Part shown: piece by piece, positions 1 through 7,879 of the stretch | How the letters are laid out: every line of letters begins with the position of its first letter | Position numbering within the stretch: position 1 is the stretch's first letter | Source: Erysipelothrix sp. | GTDB taxonomy: Bacteria; Bacillota_I; Bacilli_A; Erysipelotrichales; Erysipelotrichaceae | Assembly (NCBI GenBank): GCA_041811795.1 | Contig: JBGXRX010000153.1 | Coordinates: 1 to 37,838 of the forward strand | Direction: 5' to 3' | Length of the DNA: 37,838 nucleotides | Position numbers and translations under genes: made by a program | The notes under the pieces: model-generated | The model's input: the letters and a program-made list of their open reading frames with translations, nothing else | Database searches by the model: none | What the model was told of the DNA's origin: nothing

Positions 1-185
1 CTTGTTGATTGAATAATGTAAACATGTTTTCCACGTACAGATTCTAATGGTTCAATCAAGATTTCCCCATCAGCAAAATGTTTAACGTCAATCTTACCGC
101 GTGTTATGTTCAAATGTTCGCAAATTTCATCTGCGAGTTCTATATTTGAAGATAGTGCAAATACTACTGTGTCTTTGTTTGTCAT
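1..185 (-). CDS. prs: Ribose-phosphate pyrophosphokinase, N-terminal part (runs off the window edge)
   Basis: Manual translation from ATG at 185: MTNKDTVVFALSSNIELADEICEHLNITRGKIDVKHFADGEILIEPLESVRGKHVYIIQST. It has the F-x-DGE and ESVRG motifs of Prs and lies directly after glmU as in other Firmicutes. Not in the ORF track. Confidence 0.95.
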   Translation of the reverse strand, partial: MTNKDTVVFALSSNIELADEICEHLNITRGKIDVKHFADGEILIEPLESVRGKHVYIIQST

Positions 186-186
186 T

Positions 187-1557
187 CTACTTAACCTCTT
201 TGTTTATGAATTTGTTACCGTATCCCACTTTAATTTCAGTACGATTACGTGCAATCGCCATATCCCCGTCCGGGACATCCTCAGTGATCGTAGATCCTGC
301 GGCAACCAGTACATTCTTACCGATATTAATTGGTGCAATTAAGTTAGCGTTACTTCCTATAAAACTGTTGTCTCCAATAGTTGTCATATTTTTGTTAACG
401 CCATCATAGTTGGCAGTAACAACACCACAACCAATATTAACATCTTTCCCTACCTTTGTGTTGCCTAAATAAACTAAATGTGCACAATTTGTGCCATCTT
501 CCAATGTAACCGTTTTAAATTCAACGAAATTACCGATTCTACAGTGATTTTTAACGTGAGTATCTGCTCTTAGATGTGCTTGAGGTCCTACAGTAGAATG
601 ATTTCCTACGCTAGAATCCACAATTTTACTTGAATCAAGGCTTGTATTTGACCCGATTTGAGCTCGATTTAACCAGTTATTTGGTAATAGTGTCGTATCT
701 GAAGCAATTGATGATTTACCATAGATATGGTTATTTGGATAAATGATAACATCTTGTTCGATTGTTACATCTGGACCGATATAAATATCTTTAGGACTTA
801 AGAGTGTAACTCCATTATCCATATGTTTAGCATTAATACGATCTTGTAACCATTTTTCTGATTGTAATAATTGGTGACGATCGTTTGCTCCTGTAAATTC
901 ATGATAATCTTTTACACGAATTGTTTGAAGTGCATGATTATTTTCTTTGAACACTTGAACCATCTTACTGATATTGAGTTCTTCATTATTAGTTTCTGAA
1001 TCATCTATAATCTGTTGGATATATTTGAATAACAGTTCGTTATTAACTACATATGCACCAAGTGCAATCTCATCAATTGATAATTGGTCCTCACTTAGAG
1101 ATGCTGCTGAAGCAACACGATCAAGTGCACCTTGGTTATCTCTGATAATACGGTGAGCTTGTGATGGCCCTTTCACTACAGAGGATACTAGTGTTAAATC
1201 ATAGCCTTCATGTTTTTCGAACATCATTCTCATTGTTTCGGGTTGAATTAAAGCACAATCTCCAAGAACAACTAATGTAGAGCCTTGTTTATCTCTTAAT
1301 TGGCTCACTTGTGACACTGCATCTGCAGTACCTGTACGTTCCTTTTGGAATGCATAATCAACTAAGTCTCCTAAATAGTTTTCAACAGCTTCATTTTTAT
1401 AACCTGTGACAACTACAGTCTCATCAAATCCAACCTTTTTTAGGTTATCTACAAGATGACCAATCATTGGTTTATGAAGAATTTGGTGCATGACCTTGTT
1501 CTTATTTGTTTTCATTCTGGTGCTTTCACCTGCAGCTAGTACAATTGCATATTTCAT
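187..1557 (-). CDS. glmU: Bifunctional GlmU-family protein (nucleotidyltransferase plus left-handed beta-helix acetyltransferase); N-terminal sugar pocket atypical
   Basis: LAAGxxTRM, GTADAV, GD and GAND motifs; hexapeptide repeats with GNFVEFK, HLVYLG and NYDG; GGAGAG RBS; synteny with prs. Confidence 0.92.
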   Translation of the reverse strand: MKYAIVLAAGESTRMKTNKNKVMHQILHKPMIGHLVDNLKKVGFDETVVVTGYKNEAVENYLGDLVDYAFQKERTGTADAVSQVSQLRDKQGSTLVVLGDCALIQPETMRMMFEKHEGYDLTLVSSVVKGPSQAHRIIRDNQGALDRVASAASLSEDQLSIDEIALGAYVVNNELLFKYIQQIIDDSETNNEELNISKMVQVFKENNHALQTIRVKDYHEFTGANDRHQLLQSEKWLQDRINAKHMDNGVTLLSPKDIYIGPDVTIEQDVIIYPNNHIYGKSSIASDTTLLPNNWLNRAQIGSNTSLDSSKIVDSSVGNHSTVGPQAHLRADTHVKNHCRIGNFVEFKTVTLEDGTNCAHLVYLGNTKVGKDVNIGCGVVTANYDGVNKNMTTIGDNSFIGSNANLIAPINIGKNVLVAAGSTITEDVPDGDMAIARNRTEIKVGYGNKFINKEVK

Positions 1558-1571
1558 AGTAAGCTCTCCTT

Positions 1572-2420
1572 TTACTCTAATTGTTTTCCAGATATCTTTC
1601 CATATTTCAGGAATGGATATTTAAAGACAAGTTTCTCGTAAATCTTAATGGCTTTTTCTTTGTCTGTAGTAAAGCCATAAATGCTTGTTCCACTACCACT
1701 CATACATACACCTTCAAGCCCTAAAGACTTCAGTTGATTTACAACCTTATTTAGGTCTTTACGTTTTTTAGTTACCGTAATTTGAAAGTCGTTATGTGTT
1801 AGAGGCATAATTTCTTCAGGGTTACCTGCAGCCATAGCTTTTTCTAACTTCTTTCGTGAAACATCTTGATCTATAAAGTCAGAATATTTCTTTAAGAAAG
1901 ATTTAGTTGAGACTCCATAACCTGGTTTAACTATAACATAGTAAAACTCAGCATTAAAAGGGATAGGAGTTACAATTTCTCCGTATCCTTCTACTAATGC
2001 TGGTTGGTTAAATAAACAAAATGCTGTATCTTCATCAATTTGAGATGCTATATCGATCAAATCTTGACGACTCATATTCAATTGGTACTTCTCATTCAGC
2101 ATATTAATTACACATGCTGCATCAGCACTACCACCACCAAGACCTGATTGAGCAGGAATGTTCTTAACTATGGATACTTTAAAGTTATCCTTAATGTTGT
2201 ACCTTTCCTTCATTAACTCAATTGCTTTATAAACCGTATTTCTACGATCATTAGGTAAATAAGACTTGTTGGTTTCAATATGCATGGTTTCATGAACATC
2301 AAGATAGACCATATCAAAAACATCAATTGGGACAATGATATTCCTAAACTGTAGAAGCCCATCAATACGATCTTTTACTTCCAAGTATAGCGTAATTTTA
2401 GCGTAGGCTTTCCTACGCAT
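1572..2420 (-). CDS. ispE: IspE-like GHMP kinase (4-diphosphocytidyl-2-C-methyl-D-erythritol kinase family)
   Basis: AKIxL, KNIPAQSGLGGGSADAA, NDF and MSGSG motifs; ksgA-ispE-glmU synteny. Start moved to ATG 2420 (MRRKAYAK), which overlaps the ksgA stop. Confidence 0.85.
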   Translation of the reverse strand: MRRKAYAKITLYLEVKDRIDGLLQFRNIIVPIDVFDMVYLDVHETMHIETNKSYLPNDRRNTVYKAIELMKERYNIKDNFKVSIVKNIPAQSGLGGGSADAACVINMLNEKYQLNMSRQDLIDIASQIDEDTAFCLFNQPALVEGYGEIVTPIPFNAEFYYVIVKPGYGVSTKSFLKKYSDFIDQDVSRKKLEKAMAAGNPEEIMPLTHNDFQITVTKKRKDLNKVVNQLKSLGLEGVCMSGSGTSIYGFTTDKEKAIKIYEKLVFKYPFLKYGKISGKQLE

Positions 2421-3225
2421 AAATAGCACCATAAAGCTTTACGTAATCATCAAAACTTAGATAATCAGCACGAATTGCAGGATTTATACCGATTGACTCT
2501 AAAATCGCTGGATAATCCAAATCTAATTCTAATGTTTTTAAATTGTTGTTAAGAGTTTTTCTTCTAAATTGGAAACATGATCGAACGAACTCAAAAAACA
2601 TAGTTTCATCATAAGGTAAACTATGTTCACGTGGAGTTAGTTGGATAATTATAGATTCAACGTTTGGACGTGGATTAAATGATTCCTTAGACACATGCAT
2701 AACTGTCTCGATATCATAGTAGTATTGCATCATGATTGTTAGTGATGAATAGTCTTTAGTCTTTGGTTGAGCACATAAACGATCACCAATCTCTTTTTGA
2801 ACCATTAGTGTCATATTAATAACATCAAGCTCCATTAACTTAAATAATAATGGTGTTGTGATGTAATAAGGTAAGTTTGCACATACTGCAACTTTTTCCG
2901 TATACATTGATAAGTCTGCTTTTAGGAAGTCTTGTAGAATTACTTCGACATTATCGATGCCTTCTAAACTCTCTTTTAAAATTTCAACCATATGGTGGTC
3001 GATCTCATAAGCAATGACCTGCTCATAGTTAAAAGATAGTTGTTGTGTTAAAGCCCCTAATCCTGGACCTACTTCAATTACTGTAGAACCTGTTCCACTG
3101 TGCGCTGCAATATTTCTTACAACACTTGGGTCGATAAGAAAATTCTGACCAAAATGTTTCTTTGCTCGTCTTTCATATCTTTTTAAAAGATCCATCGTAA
3201 CTGAATAATTTGCTATTGTTTTCAT
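2413..3225 (-). CDS. rsmA: 16S rRNA m6,2A dimethyltransferase
   Basis: KKHFGQNFL, EVGPGLGALT, ANLPYYITTP and F-x-PRPNV motifs. Start reassigned to ATG 3225 (GGAGAA RBS, ATGA overlap with the rnmV stop). Confidence 0.96.
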   Translation of the reverse strand: MKTIANYSVTMDLLKRYERRAKKHFGQNFLIDPSVVRNIAAHSGTGSTVIEVGPGLGALTQQLSFNYEQVIAYEIDHHMVEILKESLEGIDNVEVILQDFLKADLSMYTEKVAVCANLPYYITTPLLFKLMELDVINMTLMVQKEIGDRLCAQPKTKDYSSLTIMMQYYYDIETVMHVSKESFNPRPNVESIIIQLTPREHSLPYDETMFFEFVRSCFQFRRKTLNNNLKTLELDLDYPAILESIGINPAIRADYLSFDDYVKLYGAIYA

Positions 3226-3767
3226 TGTGTTTCTCCATCTAATACTGCAAGGCAATCCGATTTGGTCTTACCTAGCATATTTAGGTATTTAAGGGTTGTT
3301 TTAGCGTTTGACTTGGGAAATCTAAAAGATTCACTCAATAAATCACGCTTATTGCCACTTTCCGGCCCTCCTGAGAGACCTAATTCGTTAAACTGGGTAA
3401 GTGTTAGGGAGTTTAAGGATTCCCCTAAACTAGCACACTTTACAAGTGCCTCAACAATATCACTACCATCAGCATGTTCGATACCTACTTTTTGCTTCTT
3501 TCTTGTTTGAATAATATGAAGACTTGCATGCTTACAAGGGCCAACATAATCCATAATCCTTTTTCTAATTTTTTCACCCGGACCATCAGGATCCGTAAAG
3601 ATAATAATACCTTGTGTGTTGTTAAAATGAAGACATAAATCTAAGAACTCTTGAGATATATGCATTCCATTGGAGTAGATGATATGTGCATCTACATATT
3701 TTTTTACTTGTTGTAAGTCATGACGACCTTCTACAACAATAACTTCTTTAATTTGTGTCTTACTCAT
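3222..3767 (-). CDS. rnmV: Ribonuclease M5 (5S rRNA maturase, Toprim)
   Basis: IKEVIVVEGRHD, IIFTDPDGPGEKIR and VGIEHA motifs; upstream of ksgA. Confidence 0.93.
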   Translation of the reverse strand: MSKTQIKEVIVVEGRHDLQQVKKYVDAHIIYSNGMHISQEFLDLCLHFNNTQGIIIFTDPDGPGEKIRKRIMDYVGPCKHASLHIIQTRKKQKVGIEHADGSDIVEALVKCASLGESLNSLTLTQFNELGLSGGPESGNKRDLLSESFRFPKSNAKTTLKYLNMLGKTKSDCLAVLDGETQ

Positions 3768-3773
3768 GTGAGT

Positions 3774-3782
3774 ATTATAACA
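3774..3782 (-). promoter_or_regulatory. Extended -10 promoter element (TGTTATAAT) 6 nt upstream of the rnmV ATG
   Basis: Minus strand reads ggTGTTATAATactcacATG; no Shine-Dalgarno. Confidence 0.65.
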
Positions 3783-3803
3783 CCATTTATAGTCAGAACA
3801 TAG

Positions 3804-3829
3804 AAAAGCCTACCCTTTCGGATAGACTT
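3804..3829 (-). terminator. Intrinsic terminator after the G5/3D gene
   Basis: Minus strand AAGTCTATCC-GAAA-GGGTAGGCTT followed by TTCT. Confidence 0.75.
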
Positions 3830-3835
3830 ATCTTA

Positions 3836-4669
3836 TTAAATAGCACAATTTCCTTGGCCATTAATTTTAACTCTTGAGTTTAGTCCAAGAATTGATACAT
3901 CAGCACCAGCATTAGATCCTCGAATTAGAGGACTCTTTTCTGATCCTACAAAGAAATCGATCTTAGCCCCTTGAATCGCAGATCCTCGGTCAAGAACAAT
4001 AGCCTTAATAGGCTCTCCCTTGCCAACACCTGGTAAATTCAAGGAGTGGTTCTTAATTTCTAATGTAGTACATAATGGGATTGAAGCAGATGTCGCTACA
4101 ACATAGTATCCTTCATAGGTTAAACCCTTTTTCCAGCTACCATCTTTTTGTCTTACAGAATCTAATCCTAGTCCCACACCTGCAGAGGTTCCACCCTGTC
4201 CTTGGTCATTCATATTACAACCAACACAATCCACACCATAACGTGTGATTCGATTGGCTTTAAAATAGGCTCCAGGTTGAGCAACCTGACCCCCTTGGAA
4301 AACAGTAGGCTGAGTATTATTAACTTCTTCTGCCTCTGGTATTTCAATACGTGATATTAATTCGTCTTTTATGTTATATGTTAATTTGTATTTAATTGCT
4401 CTTGTTCCACGTACACCATCTTGTGTTTTGGCATAAATCCATGTTGCACCACCTGGCTCAACATGTGTTGCTTGGCGTTCTACAACGCTTGGTTCTTCTA
4501 AATCTTCGTAAATAGTTTCGGTATCAAACCGCGAAGGTTCAATACTTCTCGTTGCTACTTCTTCTAGAACAGGATAGGTTACATCCTTGTTCTCATCAGC
4601 TTGAATTGTACATCCACTAATGATTGTTACTATGATTACCAATAAGGTAATCACCTTGTATTTCTTCAT
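3836..4669 (-). CDS. Lipoprotein with G5-like and 3D domains (YabE/SpsB-like cell-wall lytic transglycosylase family)
   Basis: Signal peptide with lipobox IISGC; QDGVRG G5-like segment; C-terminal DRGSAIQGAKIDFFV 3D motif; sits upstream of rnmV like B. subtilis yabE. Start at ATG 4669 after GAAAGGAGA. Confidence 0.75.
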   Translation of the reverse strand: MKKYKVITLLVIIVTIISGCTIQADENKDVTYPVLEEVATRSIEPSRFDTETIYEDLEEPSVVERQATHVEPGGATWIYAKTQDGVRGTRAIKYKLTYNIKDELISRIEIPEAEEVNNTQPTVFQGGQVAQPGAYFKANRITRYGVDCVGCNMNDQGQGGTSAGVGLGLDSVRQKDGSWKKGLTYEGYYVVATSASIPLCTTLEIKNHSLNLPGVGKGEPIKAIVLDRGSAIQGAKIDFFVGSEKSPLIRGSNAGADVSILGLNSRVKINGQGNCAI

Positions 4670-4771
4670 TAAAATGTCTCCTTTCAAAAAAGACTACGTT
4701 ACATTAACATAGGATTTCTATCTTGGCAAATAAAAGCTCTTTTTCTTATCCATGTTGACTTTCGGACATGT

Positions 4772-4797
4772 AAAAGAGCCCTAGGTATAGGGCTCTA
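4772..4797 (-). terminator. Intrinsic terminator after the QueT gene
   Basis: Minus strand AGAGCCCTA-TACC-TAGGGCTCT followed by TTT. Confidence 0.8.
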
Positions 4798-4831
4798 AGT
4801 GTTATTACATCAATTGTGTGAAATTATGTTA

Positions 4832-5314
4832 TTATGCAAATAGTCGTTGCATTGTTTCATTGGCCATTAACGGTTTGAGAAGGAATAATGCAGGAATGAA
4901 AGTCGCTGCAAATTCTCCAATAAAGACTTCACTCATACCTAATACCAGTGGCACTTGATACATAAAGTAGAGCTGTAAACCGATAAATACTGCGTTGATT
5001 ACAGATGGCCAAACAAACGCTAATAAGCGATTTGGTGTCTTTATCATTGCCAACATAACCATTGCACTTGCCATTGTTCCAAAGACCATATCCACTACAG
5101 ACATGGGACCAAAGAAGTTAGCAATAGCACATCCTAATAACAACCCAATCACGTGTTTCCTATTAAAAAACACAAGAATCAACATAAATTCAGATATTCG
5201 TATTTGTGGTGACTTGAAAGATAATGGATAAAATCCAAATGTAATTGCCACATAAACTGCAGCAATCATTGCTTGTAAAGCTAAATCTTTAACACTTATT
5301 TTATTATTATTCAT
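4832..5314 (-). CDS. queT: QueT-family transporter (ECF S-component, queuosine precursor uptake)
   Basis: AMIAAVYVAIT, LSF-x-x-x-QIRISE, GLLLGCAIAN and DMVFGT match the QueT pattern; hydrophobic 160 aa. Confidence 0.85.
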   Translation of the reverse strand: MNNNKISVKDLALQAMIAAVYVAITFGFYPLSFKSPQIRISEFMLILVFFNRKHVIGLLLGCAIANFFGPMSVVDMVFGTMASAMVMLAMIKTPNRLLAFVWPSVINAVFIGLQLYFMYQVPLVLGMSEVFIGEFAATFIPALFLLKPLMANETMQRLFA

Positions 5315-5327
5315 TTCGACCTCTAAT

Positions 5328-6239
5328 CTATAAAACTCTATGAATTGATCTTTTTACAGGTTTTGCCCCACCAGTAGCACCATCCCATAATGACCTTACT
5401 ACATGATAGTTAAAGGCTAAGACAAATGCAAGTGTAATCAAGTTACTTTTCAGTAATTCTAACCATAAGACTGATAGGAATTTAAACATAAGTGGACTTA
5501 TAATAAATCCAAATTGACTAAAGTAGTAAGCGAAGAAGTCTGAGGCTACCAGACCAAGCAAATAAGCTAAGAGTAATATTATCAGATCACTTTTTGTAGG
5601 AGTCCACTTATTATAGAACTCTTTTAATGATTTCCTAAAAATCGCTAATAATACAGCAAAGGAGAAGAATGCAAACCCTAAAATTGATGGTTCGAAAATC
5701 CTTACTATGATGTATACAGGAATTAATAATAAAAACCAAACCATAGCAAATCCAAAGCCTCTTAATCTACTTTGATTATTATCTTTGAATCGCTTTCCAA
5801 CTGTTTCGGAAATTTCTTCAACACTGACGTCATTTCTAATCTCAAGTTTAGTTCCTATTCTGAAAATTCCTAAGTTATCAGCTAGTCTTCCATCCTCATC
5901 AACTTGTATCACCTTATGAGTATTTAAAACTGTAGCAATTTCTTCTAGTATCTTTGCAAATTCTTCCGCATTCTCTAAACCATTAATCTTACACTCTAAG
6001 AGAATGTTATTATTAGCAGTTCTGATACCATCACGTCCAATTGCACGATGATGACTCATCAATTCCTTTAGCTCATCAATTACAGATTCAGCTCCTGATA
6101 CACTGAAACGCACTCTAAATAATGCAACCTGATTTACAGGTTCAACAATAAAATAGTAAGGTCCCACTTTACCTACCGAAGATTCGATATCTTTAATATA
6201 TTTTTGTCCAAGATCTTTGGACAGTGATTGTATGTTCAT
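5328..6239 (-). CDS. Hypothetical membrane protein (soluble N-terminal half, about 4-5 C-terminal TM helices)
   Basis: 303-aa ORF with GGAGG RBS and an upstream TGGTATAAT; hydropathy pattern only, family not recognised. Confidence 0.75.
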   Translation of the reverse strand: MNIQSLSKDLGQKYIKDIESSVGKVGPYYFIVEPVNQVALFRVRFSVSGAESVIDELKELMSHHRAIGRDGIRTANNNILLECKINGLENAEEFAKILEEIATVLNTHKVIQVDEDGRLADNLGIFRIGTKLEIRNDVSVEEISETVGKRFKDNNQSRLRGFGFAMVWFLLLIPVYIIVRIFEPSILGFAFFSFAVLLAIFRKSLKEFYNKWTPTKSDLIILLLAYLLGLVASDFFAYYFSQFGFIISPLMFKFLSVLWLELLKSNLITLAFVLAFNYHVVRSLWDGATGGAKPVKRSIHRVL

Positions 6240-6261
6240 AATGTAACCTCCATTTGAAAAT

Positions 6262-6270
6262 ATTATACCA
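6262..6270 (-). promoter_or_regulatory. Extended -10 (TGGTATAAT) for the membrane protein-queT unit
   Basis: Plus strand attatacca, about 22 nt upstream of the ATG at 6239. Confidence 0.6.
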
Positions 6271-6376
6271 CGCTTGTGCTTACTTTCATTTTATTTTCCT
6301 ATCTAAAATACTCCCCTATAAATAAGGAAGAGATTCTAATCATTTCAGCCTATTTTCACATTCATTCAAAACTCTA

Positions 6377-6405
6377 TTGACATTGCCTTCATTATAGTTA
6401 ATAAT
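6377..6405 (+). promoter_or_regulatory. Sigma-A promoter of the T-box leader
   Basis: TTGACA (6377-6382), 17-nt spacer, AATAAT (6400-6405). Confidence 0.7.
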
Positions 6406-6411
6406 TATGTA

Positions 6412-6662
6412 AAGCAATGAAAAGGAAAGTATGTTTATGTAAACCTTTCAGAGAGTCTCGCAACGGTGAAAGCAGACAGGTGGCAGTAGATTGAAAATGG
6501 CCTTGGAGCAGTATGACTGAGACAGATGTTTAGGTTATACCGGGTACGCCCGATAAAGCGTCGAAGTATGATTGTACTTCTAGAGTTTAGTAATCGCAAG
6601 ATTATTAATAAATTAAGGTGGTAACATGAGCTCGCTCATCCTTAGGGATGGGCGTTTTTTTA
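6412..6662 (+). ncRNA. T-box riboswitch, methionine specifier (AUG)
   Basis: Stem I AGAGA and GGTGAAA boxes; specifier loop GAAA-ATG-G (ATG 6497-6499); antiterminator AAGG-TGGTAAC-ATGAG-ctcg-CTCAT-CCTT; overlapping terminator with a U-tract; precedes metNIQ. Confidence 0.93.
6633..6662 (+). terminator. T-box attenuator terminator
   Basis: CGCTCATCC..GGATGGGCG hairpin followed by TTTTTTT; mutually exclusive with the antiterminator. Confidence 0.88.
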
Positions 6663-6686
6663 TTTATATCAAAGGAGGTTCTCAAG

Positions 6687-7871
6687 ATGAACCATAAAAT
6701 TCAAGATTATGCTAAAAAGCAACTCGCAGTTTATCAAGACATAGCACGTCACATTCACGCAAAACCAGAAGTTAGTAATTATGAATTCTTTGCTTGTGAA
6801 ACTCTATCCAATCAATTAAAAGAAGAAGGATTTGAAGTTAAGGTAGACGTTGCAGGACATAGAACAGCATTCGATGCTCGTTATAAGTCAAGTAAGCCCG
6901 GCCCTGTAGTGGCATTCTTAGCTGAATACGACGCTTTACCTGGAATCGGACACGCATGTGGCCATAACCTCTTTGGAGCAACATCATCCCTAGCAGGTGC
7001 GGCACTGAAACAAGTGATCGATGAAATTGGTGGTGAAATCAGAATCTACGGAACACCTGGTGAAGAAGGTGGCGAAAATGGATCATCAAAAGGAAGTTTT
7101 GTTAGAGAAGGATTTCTCGATGACGTAGACTTCGCACTATGTGCACATCCTGGATTTGGTCATTCACTATCCGGTCCTTCATTAGCAAATGATCCAGTAG
7201 ATGTAGAGTTCTTTGGTAAAGCAGCACACGCAGCCGCACAACCTTGGGAAGGAATTAATGCACTTGATGGTATTATTCAAGTCTATAACTCCATAAACGC
7301 CCTTAGAGAGCACTTACCTACAGATGTACGTATTCACGGTGTAATTACAAATGGTGGCTTAGCAGCCAACGTGGTCCCAGAGTATGCAAGTGCAAGATTC
7401 TATCTTCGAGCACTTACAAGACCTACATTAAGCCAAGTTTATGAGAAATTCGAAAATATAGTTAAAGCCAGTGCATTAGCAACAGGTGCAACTTATAAAT
7501 TCGGCCTTTTCCAAAACTCGGTAGATAATACAGTCAACACTCCCTTATTTGATAAGGTTTACGAAAAGAATCTTAATCTCTTAGGGCAAGAAGTTAGCCA
7601 GGGTAAATCAAGTGTCGTCGGTGGTTCAACCGATGTGGGGAATATCTCTCAGGTAGTCCCTACAATACAACCTACGATATCAATCTCTGATGAACCAATC
7701 GTAGGTCACTCAATTGGATTCAAAGCAGCTTCGATCTCACAAAAAGGTCTAGACTCAATTGAACTTGGTGCTATATTACTGGCACAGACCGCAGTTGATA
7801 TTATTACCAACCCTCAACTACTAGAAGACATTAAAAAAGAGCATGCAGTTAATGTAGATGCTCAATATTAG
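6687..7871 (+). CDS. M20-family metallo-amidohydrolase (ACY1L2/AbgB-like)
   Basis: AEYDALP, HACGHN, GTPGEEGG, HP and GSTDVGN motifs. Start reassigned to ATG 6687 after AAGGAGG. Confidence 0.9.
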   Translation: MNHKIQDYAKKQLAVYQDIARHIHAKPEVSNYEFFACETLSNQLKEEGFEVKVDVAGHRTAFDARYKSSKPGPVVAFLAEYDALPGIGHACGHNLFGATSSLAGAALKQVIDEIGGEIRIYGTPGEEGGENGSSKGSFVREGFLDDVDFALCAHPGFGHSLSGPSLANDPVDVEFFGKAAHAAAQPWEGINALDGIIQVYNSINALREHLPTDVRIHGVITNGGLAANVVPEYASARFYLRALTRPTLSQVYEKFENIVKASALATGATYKFGLFQNSVDNTVNTPLFDKVYEKNLNLLGQEVSQGKSSVVGGSTDVGNISQVVPTIQPTISISDEPIVGHSIGFKAASISQKGLDSIELGAILLAQTAVDIITNPQLLEDIKKEHAVNVDAQY

Positions 7872-7879
7872 GAGACATT

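Noticed and set aside
101-409. Plus-strand ORFs 101-409 and 106-342
   Set aside because: Antisense shadows of prs and glmU with no RBS or recognisable motif. The same applies to the other short antisense ORFs in the track (for example 9011-9469, 16828-17187, 17416-17775, 26703-26996).
2623-2638. TGTTCACGTGGAGT resembling parS
   Set aside because: It does not fit the 16-bp TGTTNCACGTGAAACA palindrome (wrong spacing and right arm). No convincing parS or NBS was seen by eye, but the search was not exhaustive.
4690-4770. Possible c-di-AMP riboswitch or WalR box upstream of the 3D-domain gene; CATGT-N10-ACATG palindrome
   Set aside because: The leader is too short for a ydaO aptamer, the TGTTAA/TGTAAC half-sites lack the 5-nt spacer, and the palindrome is short enough to be chance.
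6412-6662. SAM-I (S-box) riboswitch as the regulator of metNIQ
   Set aside because: It lacks the S-box core; the AGAGA, GGTG, specifier and UGGN antiterminator features identify a T-box.
6648-6686. Longer N-terminus of the M20 ORF from ATG 6648
   Set aside because: That ATG lies inside the T-box terminator stem; a strong AAGGAGG supports 6687.
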